From Clostridiales bacterium (GTDB lineage Bacteria > Bacillota > Clostridia > Oscillospirales > CAG-272), in assembly GCA_022791685.1 (NCBI GenBank), contig JAAVZO010000021.1:93716-157715 (forward strand): DNA of 64,000 nt, read 5' to 3'. The notes beneath the pieces are model-generated. The model was not told the origin of the DNA. It ran no database searches and saw only the letters and a list, made by a program, of their open reading frames with translations. This document shows, in pieces, positions 9,417-18,629 of the stretch. Positions within the stretch are counted from its first letter, which is position 1. Each line of letters begins with the position of its first letter. The translations under genes were made by a program, and so were the position numbers.

Positions 9417-10829
9417 ATGCCAAATATGTCAAATAAAAAGAACCCCATGCCCTCTCAGGAACCTGAGGTTCGTGCTCATAATTTTAAAGAAGTTGCGACC
9501 GGCTACAGTGAAGCGGCTGCACTTGACGAGGCTATGCGCTGCCTTAACTGCAAGCATATGCCATGTGTATCGGGATGTCCTGTAAATATTCACATTCCCG
9601 AATTTATCGAGAAAGTACGTGAGGGCGATTTTGAAGGTGCTTATCAGATCATAAGCAAAACATCGTCTCTTCCGGCGGTCTGTGGACGTGTATGCCCTCA
9701 GGAGACACAGTGTGAAGCTAAGTGTGTGCGCGGAATCAAGGGCGAGCCTGTAGGTATCGGTCGTCTCGAGCGCTTTGTTGCTGACTGGCACAATGCACAT
9801 TCTAACGAAGCGCCCAAATGTGAGCCGTCTAACGGTCACAAGGTAGCTGTTGTCGGCTCTGGTCCTTCTGGCCTTACCTGTGCTGGTGACCTTGCTAAGA
9901 AGGGCTACAAGGTAACTGTATTTGAAGCACTCCATACAGCTGGCGGTGTACTTGTTTATGGTATCCCAGAATTCCGTCTTCCTAAGGATATCGTTAAGAA
10001 GGAAGTTGAAAATCTGAAGGCTATGGGCGTTGATGTTGAGACAAATATAGTTATTGGAAAGACTCTGACTGTAGACGAGCTGTTCGAGAACGGCTATGAA
10101 GCAGTATTCATCGGCTCTGGAGCAGGACTTCCGAACTTCATGAATATCCCGGGTGAGAGCCTCAAGGGCGTATACTCCGCTAACGAGTTCCTTACAAGAA
10201 GCAATCTTATGAAAGCGTATATCGATTCTCCGGTAACTCCTATCTCGAAGGGCGGCAAGGTAGCAGTAGTCGGCGGCGGAAACGTTGCTATGGACGCTGC
10301 GAGAACAGCGCTGAGACTCGGAGCAGAGAAGGTATATATAATTTATCGTCGTTCGATGGAAGAGCTTCCTGCTCGTCGTGAAGAGGTTGAGCACGCTATC
10401 GAAGAGGGAATCGAGTTTAAGCTGCTCAACAACCCGATAGAGATACTCGGTTATCATAATCCAGACGACCGCCGTGACCCGAAGAACGGTTGCGTAACCG
10501 GAATCAAGTGCATTCGTATGGAACTTGGTGAGCCGGACGAGCGCGGTCGCCGCCGCCCTGTACCGGTCGAGGGAAGCGAATTTGTACTCGACGTTGACAC
10601 GGTAGTAATTTCGATAGGCACATCACCGAACCCGCTTATAAAGACTACGACTGAGGGACTTGAGGTCAACAAGCACGGCGGAATAATAGTTGAGGAGAAT
10701 ACCGGAGCGACCACTCGCGAGGGCGTATACGCCGGCGGTGACGCTGTTACAGGCGCAGCGACGGTTATTTCCGCGATGGGTGCAGGTAAGGTTGCCGCAA
10801 AGGCGATCGACGAGCATTTGTCGAAATAA
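9417..10829 (+). CDS. nfnB: NfnB / glutamate synthase small-subunit-like flavoprotein (often annotated gltA)
   Basis: RCLNC...C...CP, CGRVCPQETQCE, GSGPSG, YGIPEFRLPK, GGGNVAMD, GGDAVTG. Confidence 0.88.
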   Translation: MPNMSNKKNPMPSQEPEVRAHNFKEVATGYSEAAALDEAMRCLNCKHMPCVSGCPVNIHIPEFIEKVREGDFEGAYQIISKTSSLPAVCGRVCPQETQCEAKCVRGIKGEPVGIGRLERFVADWHNAHSNEAPKCEPSNGHKVAVVGSGPSGLTCAGDLAKKGYKVTVFEALHTAGGVLVYGIPEFRLPKDIVKKEVENLKAMGVDVETNIVIGKTLTVDELFENGYEAVFIGSGAGLPNFMNIPGESLKGVYSANEFLTRSNLMKAYIDSPVTPISKGGKVAVVGGGNVAMDAARTALRLGAEKVYIIYRRSMEELPARREEVEHAIEEGIEFKLLNNPIEILGYHNPDDRRDPKNGCVTGIKCIRMELGEPDERGRRRPVPVEGSEFVLDVDTVVISIGTSPNPLIKTTTEGLEVNKHGGIIVEENTGATTREGVYAGGDAVTGAATVISAMGAGKVAAKAIDEHLSK

Positions 10830-10848
10830 GCTGAAACAGCGATAATAT

Positions 10849-10881
10849 AAAAAACGAGAGCAAAATTTGCTCTCGTTTTTT
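10849..10881. terminator. Bidirectional intrinsic terminator
   Basis: AAAAAACGAGAGCAAA / TTTGCTCTCGTTTTTT between nfnB and the paralog array. Confidence 0.85.
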
Positions 10882-10890
10882 GCGTGGTCA

Positions 10891-11523
10891 TCACTCGTCA
10901 GTCTGCCAGTAATCGTAAAGAATTGCTTTGGTGTAGCCATAACTGTCGATAGTGTTTATTCCTAACTCTTCAAGTTCTTCAGCCGTTAAATAAAATCCGT
11001 CATAATTTATCCACTGCGTACAGTTTACAAAGCGTATCTCTGCCTGCGCGATTAGTCGGTCTGGGTAGGTCTGGTCATACACCGAAACAAGCAGCGCGCT
11101 TTCATATATTTAACGTTTGGTATTTTTATATTCGAAATTTTTCGGTATGTGCATATACACGTCGCATAAGGTTTCTGCCTTTTCGCTCATATGCTGATAG
11201 TCCGAACAGGTGCGAAATTCGTGCATTTCTTTGAATGCTTCCTGCTCCGTATTGTTGTTCACACTTTCGTACCATTGTGCGTCGACTCCGAGCGCGAGCT
11301 TATAATTATTATGCGGCTTTTCAACTACTTCAAGTTCAGGAAAGGTCAAGTAATTATCCTCCGGCAATCCGGTAAGCAGACGCACATTGCCGCTCGTACA
11401 ATCGTCAGTGCATATTGCTGCGATCATTCCATCCGCTTCGGCTATGAAAAAGGTAAGCGAGTTCATATCTATGACTGATATGGAAAGGTATATTAGCAGA
11501 TATTTTTTAAGCAGTGGTTTCAT
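10891..11523 (-). pseudogene. Paralog copy 3 of tandem membrane-anchored hypothetical family, disrupted
   Basis: Track ORFs 11110-11535 and 10891-11082 are in frame, split by TAA (11110-11112) where copy 2 has Tyr; 318 nt shorter than copy 2. Confidence 0.88.
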
Positions 11524-11528
11524 AAATT

Positions 11529-12479
11529 TCACCATTCGTCAACTTGCCAGTAGTCGTACAGGACAGCTTCGGTGTAGCTGTAATTGTCTAGTGTGTTGAT
11601 TCCTAATTCTTCGAGAAGCTCCGGATAAACACCATATCCATGTTCGTCCCTCGTCCAGTCAGTGTAATTGACAAAGCAGATCTCCGCCTGTGCGAGAATG
11701 TGGCCCGGTCTTGCAGGATCATATACTGACACAAGTACTGCTGATTCAAAAATATATCGATGTATACCGCTGTATTCTGCAAGATACGGCATATCTAAAA
11801 CGTCGAATATACTCTGCGAATATGTCCTTGAATGCGTATCATCCTTGCAGGCTTTCAGCACGTGCGACGATGTGAATACTTCATCTATGCTAATATCGTG
11901 CAATGTATTACCATAATGATGTGAATCTACGCCAAACATTAGCTTGTGACTGCCGCGTGCTACAGGGTCGCCGTGATAATCCATTTTAGGCAGCACAAGA
12001 TAATTATCCTCCGGAACACCATACAGAATTCGCAGATTTCCATGTGCATTTTCATTCGTAACAACTGCCTCTATCATTCCCTCAGCTTCTGCGACGAAAA
12101 ATGCAAACTTTCCTACACTGGTTACCATGTAAGTTATATTTCCATAATCTCCAAAATATTCGTCGTATCTATTATATTCGTTGAATTCGCCTTTTTTGAT
12201 TTTGGGTCCTACACGGATAACCTCACCCTTCTTCATCTCGGTAAGACGGGTGTATTGCTCGGTTTGGTCGCTGTTCCATACGTTTTCCCAAGCATAAATT
12301 TTCAGCAGATATTCATCGTATTCGTTGACCTCATCTTCCGGCATAGCAAACAAAATCTGGTCGCCAGGCTTCATTTGATCGGCAAGGTCACAAACTGCGA
12401 ATGTTGCTGTGATTACAAGCGCGATTCCGAATATGGCGGAAAGGTAGATTAGCAAGTATTTTTTAAGTAGCGGTTTCAT
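11529..12479 (-). CDS. Paralog copy 2, N-terminally anchored hypothetical protein
   Basis: MKPLLKKYLLIYLS + hydrophobic helix; C-terminal LGIN..D.YSYTEAVLYDYWQ shared with copies 1 and 3. Confidence 0.85.
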   Translation of the reverse strand: MKPLLKKYLLIYLSAIFGIALVITATFAVCDLADQMKPGDQILFAMPEDEVNEYDEYLLKIYAWENVWNSDQTEQYTRLTEMKKGEVIRVGPKIKKGEFNEYNRYDEYFGDYGNITYMVTSVGKFAFFVAEAEGMIEAVVTNENAHGNLRILYGVPEDNYLVLPKMDYHGDPVARGSHKLMFGVDSHHYGNTLHDISIDEVFTSSHVLKACKDDTHSRTYSQSIFDVLDMPYLAEYSGIHRYIFESAVLVSVYDPARPGHILAQAEICFVNYTDWTRDEHGYGVYPELLEELGINTLDNYSYTEAVLYDYWQVDEW

Positions 12480-12484
12480 AGATT

Positions 12485-13402
12485 TCACCATTCTTCAGTT
12501 TGCCAGTAATCGTATAAAACGGCTTCGGTGTAGCCGTAGCTGTCGGGGATGTTTATTCCTAACGTATCGAGTGTATCCGGACCTATAACTGATGACAAAT
12601 AGCTGCCTTCATCGCTTTTTTTATCTATTTGCCATGCTGAGTACATATAAATTCGAATCTCTGCTTTTGCAATCAGTCTTTCTGCATTATTTAAATCATA
12701 CATAGATATGAAAAGTAAACGTTCCTCAACGCAGCGATAGTATGACGTGCCATCCTCACCTCTTATATCATAAGCATCGCTTAAACGCTGCTTATACTCA
12801 GAATTGCGCATTTTCTCATTGACTTCAACTGAAATATCGCGGTTGCTTTTTGCTATATAGTCATTACCTATACGCCTTTTAGGATATGGATTGAGCAGCA
12901 AACTATATCGGCTTCGAGGAATCATATCAGGAAATTCTTCAAGCACGGCATCAGAAAATCCAGTTCCTGGTTTTCCATATGGAAGCCAACCGCCGGAATA
13001 TTCTGCCTCGATTTCTCCATCGCCTTCAGCAATAAAAACAGAACTCTCTTTAAACATTATATCATTCGCTGGATGGTTAAGGATATTATCGTATCTTAAA
13101 TACTCCCCAAAATCCATTACAGAATGGAGGGTACCTACTCGAATTGGCTCGCCGAGCTCCATTTCAACCTTAGCTATACTTTGCTCAGCCTGGTCATCAT
13201 TCCAACTACAACTCCACGCGTATAACTTTAAAATATGATTCGCTTGATTTACCTTTTCATCTCGAACTTCAAATAAAATCTGATTGCCAGGCTTCATACG
13301 ATTCACAAGATCTCCAACTACAAATGCAATTGTAATTGCAAGCAAAACACAAATTACAGCAGCAAAGTAAATTATTAGATATTTTTTAAGTAGTTGTTTC
13401 AT
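12485..13402 (-). CDS. Paralog copy 1, N-terminally anchored hypothetical protein
   Basis: MKQLLKKYLIIYF + hydrophobic helix, MKPGNQILF, YGYTEAVLYDYWQTEEW. Confidence 0.85.
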   Translation of the reverse strand: MKQLLKKYLIIYFAAVICVLLAITIAFVVGDLVNRMKPGNQILFEVRDEKVNQANHILKLYAWSCSWNDDQAEQSIAKVEMELGEPIRVGTLHSVMDFGEYLRYDNILNHPANDIMFKESSVFIAEGDGEIEAEYSGGWLPYGKPGTGFSDAVLEEFPDMIPRSRYSLLLNPYPKRRIGNDYIAKSNRDISVEVNEKMRNSEYKQRLSDAYDIRGEDGTSYYRCVEERLLFISMYDLNNAERLIAKAEIRIYMYSAWQIDKKSDEGSYLSSVIGPDTLDTLGINIPDSYGYTEAVLYDYWQTEEW

Positions 13403-13415
13403 ACAATTTAGTCAC

Positions 13416-13450
13416 ATATAGCCGACAGAAATATTTCCGTCGGCTATATA
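13416..13450 (-). terminator. Stem-loop between the secreted protein and the paralog array
   Basis: ATATAGCCGACAGAAA / TTTCCGTCGGCTATAT; no clear U-tract on the coding strand. Confidence 0.5.
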
Positions 13451-13471
13451 TTTTAAAATCAAAGCTTACGG

Positions 13472-13945
13472 CTAGCAATATAGGTAATTCCCTGTAGCAT
13501 ATCCGCTGGCAGGGCATTCCCATCTGTGCATACTTATGCCGCCTTTACAACCATCATCAATACACACAAATCGTCCCTTACCGTGTGAAATATTCGTTAC
13601 TGTCAATTCTCCAGTATGATCATGACCATTAAACGTATAATATCTCGACCAATCATATTCTCCCCAAGATGATTCAATGTTATTATGAGTACCGTATCCA
13701 TGCTGGATATATGTTCCATCAACATTTCCCGGTGAGAAATAGCATCTCTTGTCTGCTGCAAGAGATAAAGTCCCCACAATAGTCGACGACTGAAGCGACG
13801 GAATCGTGTACGTCAGCACTAAGCCATCGAGACTGCCGTGATCTCCAGGGCAGCAGTCCTCATGAGCCAGGGTCGGAAGTGCGAAGCTGCCTACAATCCC
13901 TGCTGTAAGAGTAGCGGACAGGATAAGCGAAAAGATTTTTTTCAT
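13472..13945 (-). CDS. Secreted Cys/His-rich hypothetical protein
   Basis: Sec signal MKKIFSLILSATLTAGIVGSFALPTLA; 7 Cys and several His in the mature part; ends in Cys. Confidence 0.8.
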   Translation of the reverse strand: MKKIFSLILSATLTAGIVGSFALPTLAHEDCCPGDHGSLDGLVLTYTIPSLQSSTIVGTLSLAADKRCYFSPGNVDGTYIQHGYGTHNNIESSWGEYDWSRYYTFNGHDHTGELTVTNISHGKGRFVCIDDGCKGGISMHRWECPASGYATGNYLYC

Positions 13946-14173
13946 AACAATTTTCTGTTCGTTGCCTCAGGTTTCGTCTGACGCTGTTGAGACACACTTT
14001 CACAGCGTATGGATACAGCTCTTTTTATCCATTATATGTCAGTATTCATGCAGAGTTACATTCGTACTAACACATCAGACTATTGCAATTTATGTAAAGC
14101 CTTGCAATCAGCTATACATCAATAAGGAGAAATATTCTTTTCTTTTCAGCATAACTTTATTCTATCTGCATAT

Positions 14174-14202
14174 ATAATACCATATACAGCACTATTTGTC
14201 AA
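14174..14202 (-). promoter_or_regulatory. Candidate sigma-A promoter for the island
   Basis: Minus strand TTGACA-17-TATTAT with extended TG. Confidence 0.55.
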
Positions 14203-14359
14203 CAGTTTTAGCTAATATATTCTATCTTCGTCGATATAGCTATATGTAGCATATCGATTTTGTATCATATCACTAAGCGAAAATGTAAAATCAAAAAAGA
14301 CATCGAGCTATGCTCAATGCCTTTCAATTGCTCTATATCAGTAGCGCTATTTTGCTACA

Positions 14360-14782
14360 TTATCCTCTGCGGTTATAATCCGACTTCGGATTTACGATCT
14401 CACGCCAATCAAGTCCGCCTGCTTCAAGTGCAGTTACAAGTACTTCGGCAGTTGCTATATTCGTAGCTACCGGAATATTGTATACGTCGCACATCCTGAG
14501 AAGATTGTACTCCTCCTCGTCGAACTCTATGTCTTTTGATGTGTCACGGAAATATATCAGAAGGTCGATCTCATTATATGCCACGCGCGAGGTTATCTGC
14601 TGCGCGCCGCCATGCGCACCAGAGAGAAGTCTCTCAATTTTAAGTCCGGTTGCCTCTGCTATATATTTTCCAGTAATTCCCGTTGCACAGAGGTTGTGTT
14701 TGCAGAGTATTCCGCAGTAAGCTATGCAGAACTGCGTCATAAGCTCTTTCTTTTTGTCATCCGCAATGATTGCGATTTCCAT
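14360..14782 (-). CDS. mgsA: Methylglyoxal synthase-like protein
   Basis: IAIIA.D.KK, ATG.TG, SG..GG.QQI, LLRMCDVYNIPVATNIATAE; catalytic residues appear altered. Confidence 0.8.
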   Translation of the reverse strand: MEIAIIADDKKKELMTQFCIAYCGILCKHNLCATGITGKYIAEATGLKIERLLSGAHGGAQQITSRVAYNEIDLLIYFRDTSKDIEFDEEEYNLLRMCDVYNIPVATNIATAEVLVTALEAGGLDWREIVNPKSDYNRRG

Positions 14783-14831
14783 TTATATCAATCCTTTCGT
14801 TATATATCCTATATACTTCTTTAATCCCGCC

Positions 14832-15656
14832 TCAGACTCTGCCAAGCAGTCGTCTTATCTGCCGCTTTGTGCGTATCCCGCCAAAGCCCTGAAACAGCGG
14901 TACATACCTGCCCATTATTCGACAGGCGATATTATCAAATGCAGCTGCGCAGTTTTTTATTTCCTGTGAATCAGCAGCAAGCCTGCCGTTTTCACTTAGT
15001 ATCATTAGCTCCCGTTCATAGGGAACTATTCCGCAGAGCTGTATATAAGTTTTATCAATAATTTCATTTATACCAGGTCGTGAGCCTTTTATTGCTCCGT
15101 CAAAGTCAAAGCTGTTTATAAGCAGTCTCTGTTCACCGACCCGCCACTCCGACAAATACTCGCCAGTCTTATCCGCCGCACGTATACTTGACGGCTGATG
15201 TGATGCAACTATGATCGCACTGCTCGTGATCCCCATGCCAAGAATAGCAGGTGATACAAGTGAGCCGGGAGTATCAAGTATGATATAGTCAAATGCTTCA
15301 TCTGAAGCTGCCGAAATAAGCATATTCTGAAGCTCGTCAGTAGTAAGCTCGTTGCCGCCTTGAAATGGTGCGGCAAGGAAACAGAGTTTATCGCAGCGCG
15401 AATCTCTCAACATTGCCTTAGAAACTGGTATTCTGCCTTTTGCTGCATCGTAAAGGTCATATATGACCTCATCCTCAACTCCAAGAAGAAGATCAAGACA
15501 GCGCATATCAAAATCACAGTCAACAAGCAGAGTTTGCTTTCCACGCTTTGCGAGTGACATAGCTAAGTTAGCAGCGCAGGTCGATTTTCCTACTCCGCCT
15601 TTACATGATGTGACCAGTATTGTCCGCACCTTATTTGCCGTATTCGATTCTGACAC
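14832..15656 (-). CDS. minD: Septum site-determining protein MinD
   Basis: KGGVGKST deviant Walker A, LDLLLG.E, IRAAD, possible C-terminal amphipathic helix. Confidence 0.82.
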   Translation of the reverse strand: MSESNTANKVRTILVTSCKGGVGKSTCAANLAMSLAKRGKQTLLVDCDFDMRCLDLLLGVEDEVIYDLYDAAKGRIPVSKAMLRDSRCDKLCFLAAPFQGGNELTTDELQNMLISAASDEAFDYIILDTPGSLVSPAILGMGITSSAIIVASHQPSSIRAADKTGEYLSEWRVGEQRLLINSFDFDGAIKGSRPGINEIIDKTYIQLCGIVPYERELMILSENGRLAADSQEIKNCAAAFDNIACRIMGRYVPLFQGFGGIRTKRQIRRLLGRV

Positions 15657-16405
15657 ATCCCCTCATAACGCCGGACATATATCCTGATTTCAACATTTTA
15701 TCACATAGTACGCTTTAATGCCTGCATTGACAGCTGACATGAATCTGCGAAATTTACCTCCACCAATTTTATAGATTTGTGATATCATAACAAATCTCAC
15801 ATCGGTTTGATGATATATTAGTATATAATCACATATTAACTAATCCACTATAAATATGATAACACATTTTTGTGTTTATTGTCAATAGCTATAGAAAAGT
15901 TTTTTGGTATTATACTGAATTTTTACGTTTTGTATATATTCTACTATTCTATATTGTGCAATATGCCGGTAAATTGAGAGACAAGCAACTTTTTGTGCGT
16001 TATCAGCTTACTGAGATAATCTGCAAACGCAGTTTCATAGTATTAAGATAGCGCGTATTTTAGTCGAAAACACCTGAAATAATAATATTTTGATTAGTTC
16101 AGTCATTTCGACGAATTTCGATACAATAATGGACCTCCTTAAGATAAAGTTCAATATTCCATTAAACCTAAACAATATCTATAGATTTATTATTGTATTC
16201 ACAACAAAATTGCACTCAACTATACTGCATAGCGCTGATATACGTCAGCGTATATATTATACCACACTTTTTCCGCTTTGTAAATACATATATTTATCTT
16301 CTTTAAAATAAAAAGCAATTTATTTTTTTACAAAATCACTATTGTATTTCCCGCAGAAATATTGTATAATAATTCATAAATAATAAAATAACAGGAGAAA
16401 CTAAA

Positions 16406-17662
16406 ATGGTTCTTGAAAACATGGAATTTATCCGCCAGTTCGACCCAGAGATCGGCGACGCTATCGAAAAGGAATATGCGCGTCAGCAGAGAGGTCTTGA
16501 GCTCATCGCTTCCGAAAACGTTGTATCCCCCGCAGTTATGTCTGCTATGGGTACCGTCCTCACAAACAAATACGCTGAGGGTTATCCCGGAAAGCGTTAT
16601 TACGGTGGATGCGAATGCGTTGATATAGCAGAGAATATCGCTATCGAGCGCGCTAAGAAGCTCTTCGGAGCTGAGCACGCTAACGTTCAGCCGCACTCTG
16701 GCGCACAGGCTAACACTGCCGTATACCTCGCTCTTCTTAAGCCCGGCGATACCGTTATGGGTATGAATCTCGCTCACGGCGGACATCTTACTCACGGAAG
16801 CCCTGTCAATATCTCTGGTATTCTCTATAACTTCGTTCCTTACGGCGTTGAAGATGATACCAGCATGATCGACTACGACAAGGTCGAAACTCTCGCAAAG
16901 GAATGCAAGCCGAAGCTTATCGTAGCAGGCGCGTCGGCATATCCGCGTGTTATCGACTTCAAGCGTCTCTCTGAGATCGCTAAGAGCGTCGGCGCATATC
17001 TGATGGTAGATATGGCTCACATCGCTGGTCTTGTAGCTGCTGGACTCCATCCGAACCCAGTTCCGTATGCAGACGTTGTCACCACCACCACCCACAAGAC
17101 CCTTCGCGGTCCGAGAGGCGGTATGATACTCTGCCGTGAAGAGCTTGCTAAGGCTATCAACAAGGCTGTATTCCCGGGCACTCAGGGCGGTCCGCTCATG
17201 CACATCATCGCAGCTAAAGCAGTATGCTTCGGCGAAGCTCTCAAGCCCGAATTCAAGGCTTATCAGCAGCAGATTGTAAACAACGCAAAGGTTCTTGCCG
17301 ATTCTTTGATGGCTGAAGGCTTTGACCTTCTCTCCGGTGGAACTGACAATCACCTTATGCTTCTTGACCTGCGTTCTATGAACATTACCGGCAAGCAGCT
17401 TGAAAAGCAGCTCGATGAGGTTTATATCACCGTAAACAAGAATGCGATCCCTAACGACCCGCAGTCTCCGTTCATCACCAGCGGCGTAAGAATCGGTACT
17501 CCGGCTGTAACCTCACGTGGTCTTGTTGAAGACGACATGAAGAAGATCGCACACCTTATAAAGCTTGCAGCTGTAGATTTCGAAAACAGCGCCGACTACA
17601 TCCGCGGCGAAGTTACCGCTATCTGCCAGAAGTATCCGCTTTACGAAGGCAACCTGAAATAA
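16406..17662 (+). CDS. glyA: Serine hydroxymethyltransferase
   Basis: [34 protein letters not shown]. Confidence 0.98.
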   Translation: MVLENMEFIRQFDPEIGDAIEKEYARQQRGLELIASENVVSPAVMSAMGTVLTNKYAEGYPGKRYYGGCECVDIAENIAIERAKKLFGAEHANVQPHSGAQANTAVYLALLKPGDTVMGMNLAHGGHLTHGSPVNISGILYNFVPYGVEDDTSMIDYDKVETLAKECKPKLIVAGASAYPRVIDFKRLSEIAKSVGAYLMVDMAHIAGLVAAGLHPNPVPYADVVTTTTHKTLRGPRGGMILCREELAKAINKAVFPGTQGGPLMHIIAAKAVCFGEALKPEFKAYQQQIVNNAKVLADSLMAEGFDLLSGGTDNHLMLLDLRSMNITGKQLEKQLDEVYITVNKNAIPNDPQSPFITSGVRIGTPAVTSRGLVEDDMKKIAHLIKLAAVDFENSADYIRGEVTAICQKYPLYEGNLK

Positions 17663-17698
17663 TATCAAAGTATACACCGAGTTCAGAATAACTGCAAA

Positions 17699-18589
17699 AT
17701 GATTCAAAATCTTGATTTGTACACGGTATTCCTGCATACAGCGCGTTGTGGAAGTATATCGCATGCCGCACGTGAAATGCACATTTCTCAACCTGCCATA
17801 AGTCTCGGAATCGCCAAGCTGGAGGAAGAACTCGGTGTAAAACTGTTCTTTCGCACAAATCGCGGGATCAGTTTGACAAGTGAAGGCGAAACGCTGCGCG
17901 AACATCTTTCAAGTGCATTTGCAATGATCGAGGCAGGCGAGGATAAACTGCGTGATATCGCCGGACTTCGAAGCGGTACGCTTCGGATCGGTGCGAGCGA
18001 TATGACACTGCGTTTCTTCTTACTCGACTATATTCAGCGTTTTCACGACCACTTTCCCGGAGTCAAACTCACTGTAACAAACGCGCCAACTCCATCGACG
18101 CTTGCAGCGATACGCAGCGGGCTTATAGACTTTGGCGTGATAAGTGAGCCCGGCGGTGATGATGAGGATACCGACTCAATCGAGCTTATCCCTGTGCGCG
18201 AAATACACGATATATTTGTGTGTACGGACAAATATCCTCTGATAGGGCGAAAGGTAGATATATCTGAGCTGGCTAAATATCCGTTGATATTGCTTGAGCG
18301 TGAGACATCGACAAGAAGGTATATCGACAATTTCTTCGGTACTGGAGTACTGAACCCTGCAATAGAGCTTGCTACAAGCGACCTTCTGCTTGAATTTGCA
18401 AAACGCGGTATTGGAGTAACGTGTATCGTCGAGGATTTCGCACGCGCTGACCTTGAAGCAGGTCGACTTCACAAAATAGAGCTGAAAAAAGAGATCCCTC
18501 CGCGGCGCTTTATGCTTGCGTATCTTAAAAAGCTGCCGCTTCCGGCGGCTGCCGGCAACCTGATAGGTGAAATAAAGAAAAATATGTAG
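17699..18589 (+). CDS. LysR family transcriptional regulator
   Basis: GSISHAAREMHISQPAIS..I..LEEELGVKLF.R HTH; 296 aa. Confidence 0.95.
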   Translation: MIQNLDLYTVFLHTARCGSISHAAREMHISQPAISLGIAKLEEELGVKLFFRTNRGISLTSEGETLREHLSSAFAMIEAGEDKLRDIAGLRSGTLRIGASDMTLRFFLLDYIQRFHDHFPGVKLTVTNAPTPSTLAAIRSGLIDFGVISEPGGDDEDTDSIELIPVREIHDIFVCTDKYPLIGRKVDISELAKYPLILLERETSTRRYIDNFFGTGVLNPAIELATSDLLLEFAKRGIGVTCIVEDFARADLEAGRLHKIELKKEIPPRRFMLAYLKKLPLPAAAGNLIGEIKKNM

Positions 18590-18629
18590 AGTTTTCCAAT
18601 AATACTATGTTTTTCTATTTTGAAAGGAT

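Noticed and set aside
10891-13402. Paralog array as a diversity-generating retroelement or shufflon
   Set aside because: No reverse transcriptase, invertase or inverted recombination sites in the window; differences are not adenine-specific
15660-16400. 740-bp AT-rich minD-glyA spacer with ORF 16090-16311 and a perfect minus-strand SD near 16133-16140
   Set aside because: The ORF has no SD or recognisable motif; the SD is followed only by a 7-codon TTG ORF; no riboswitch recognised
16328-17353. 341-aa ORF antisense to glyA (likewise 9429-10457 antisense to nfnB)
   Set aside because: Same antisense shadow effect on well-supported genes
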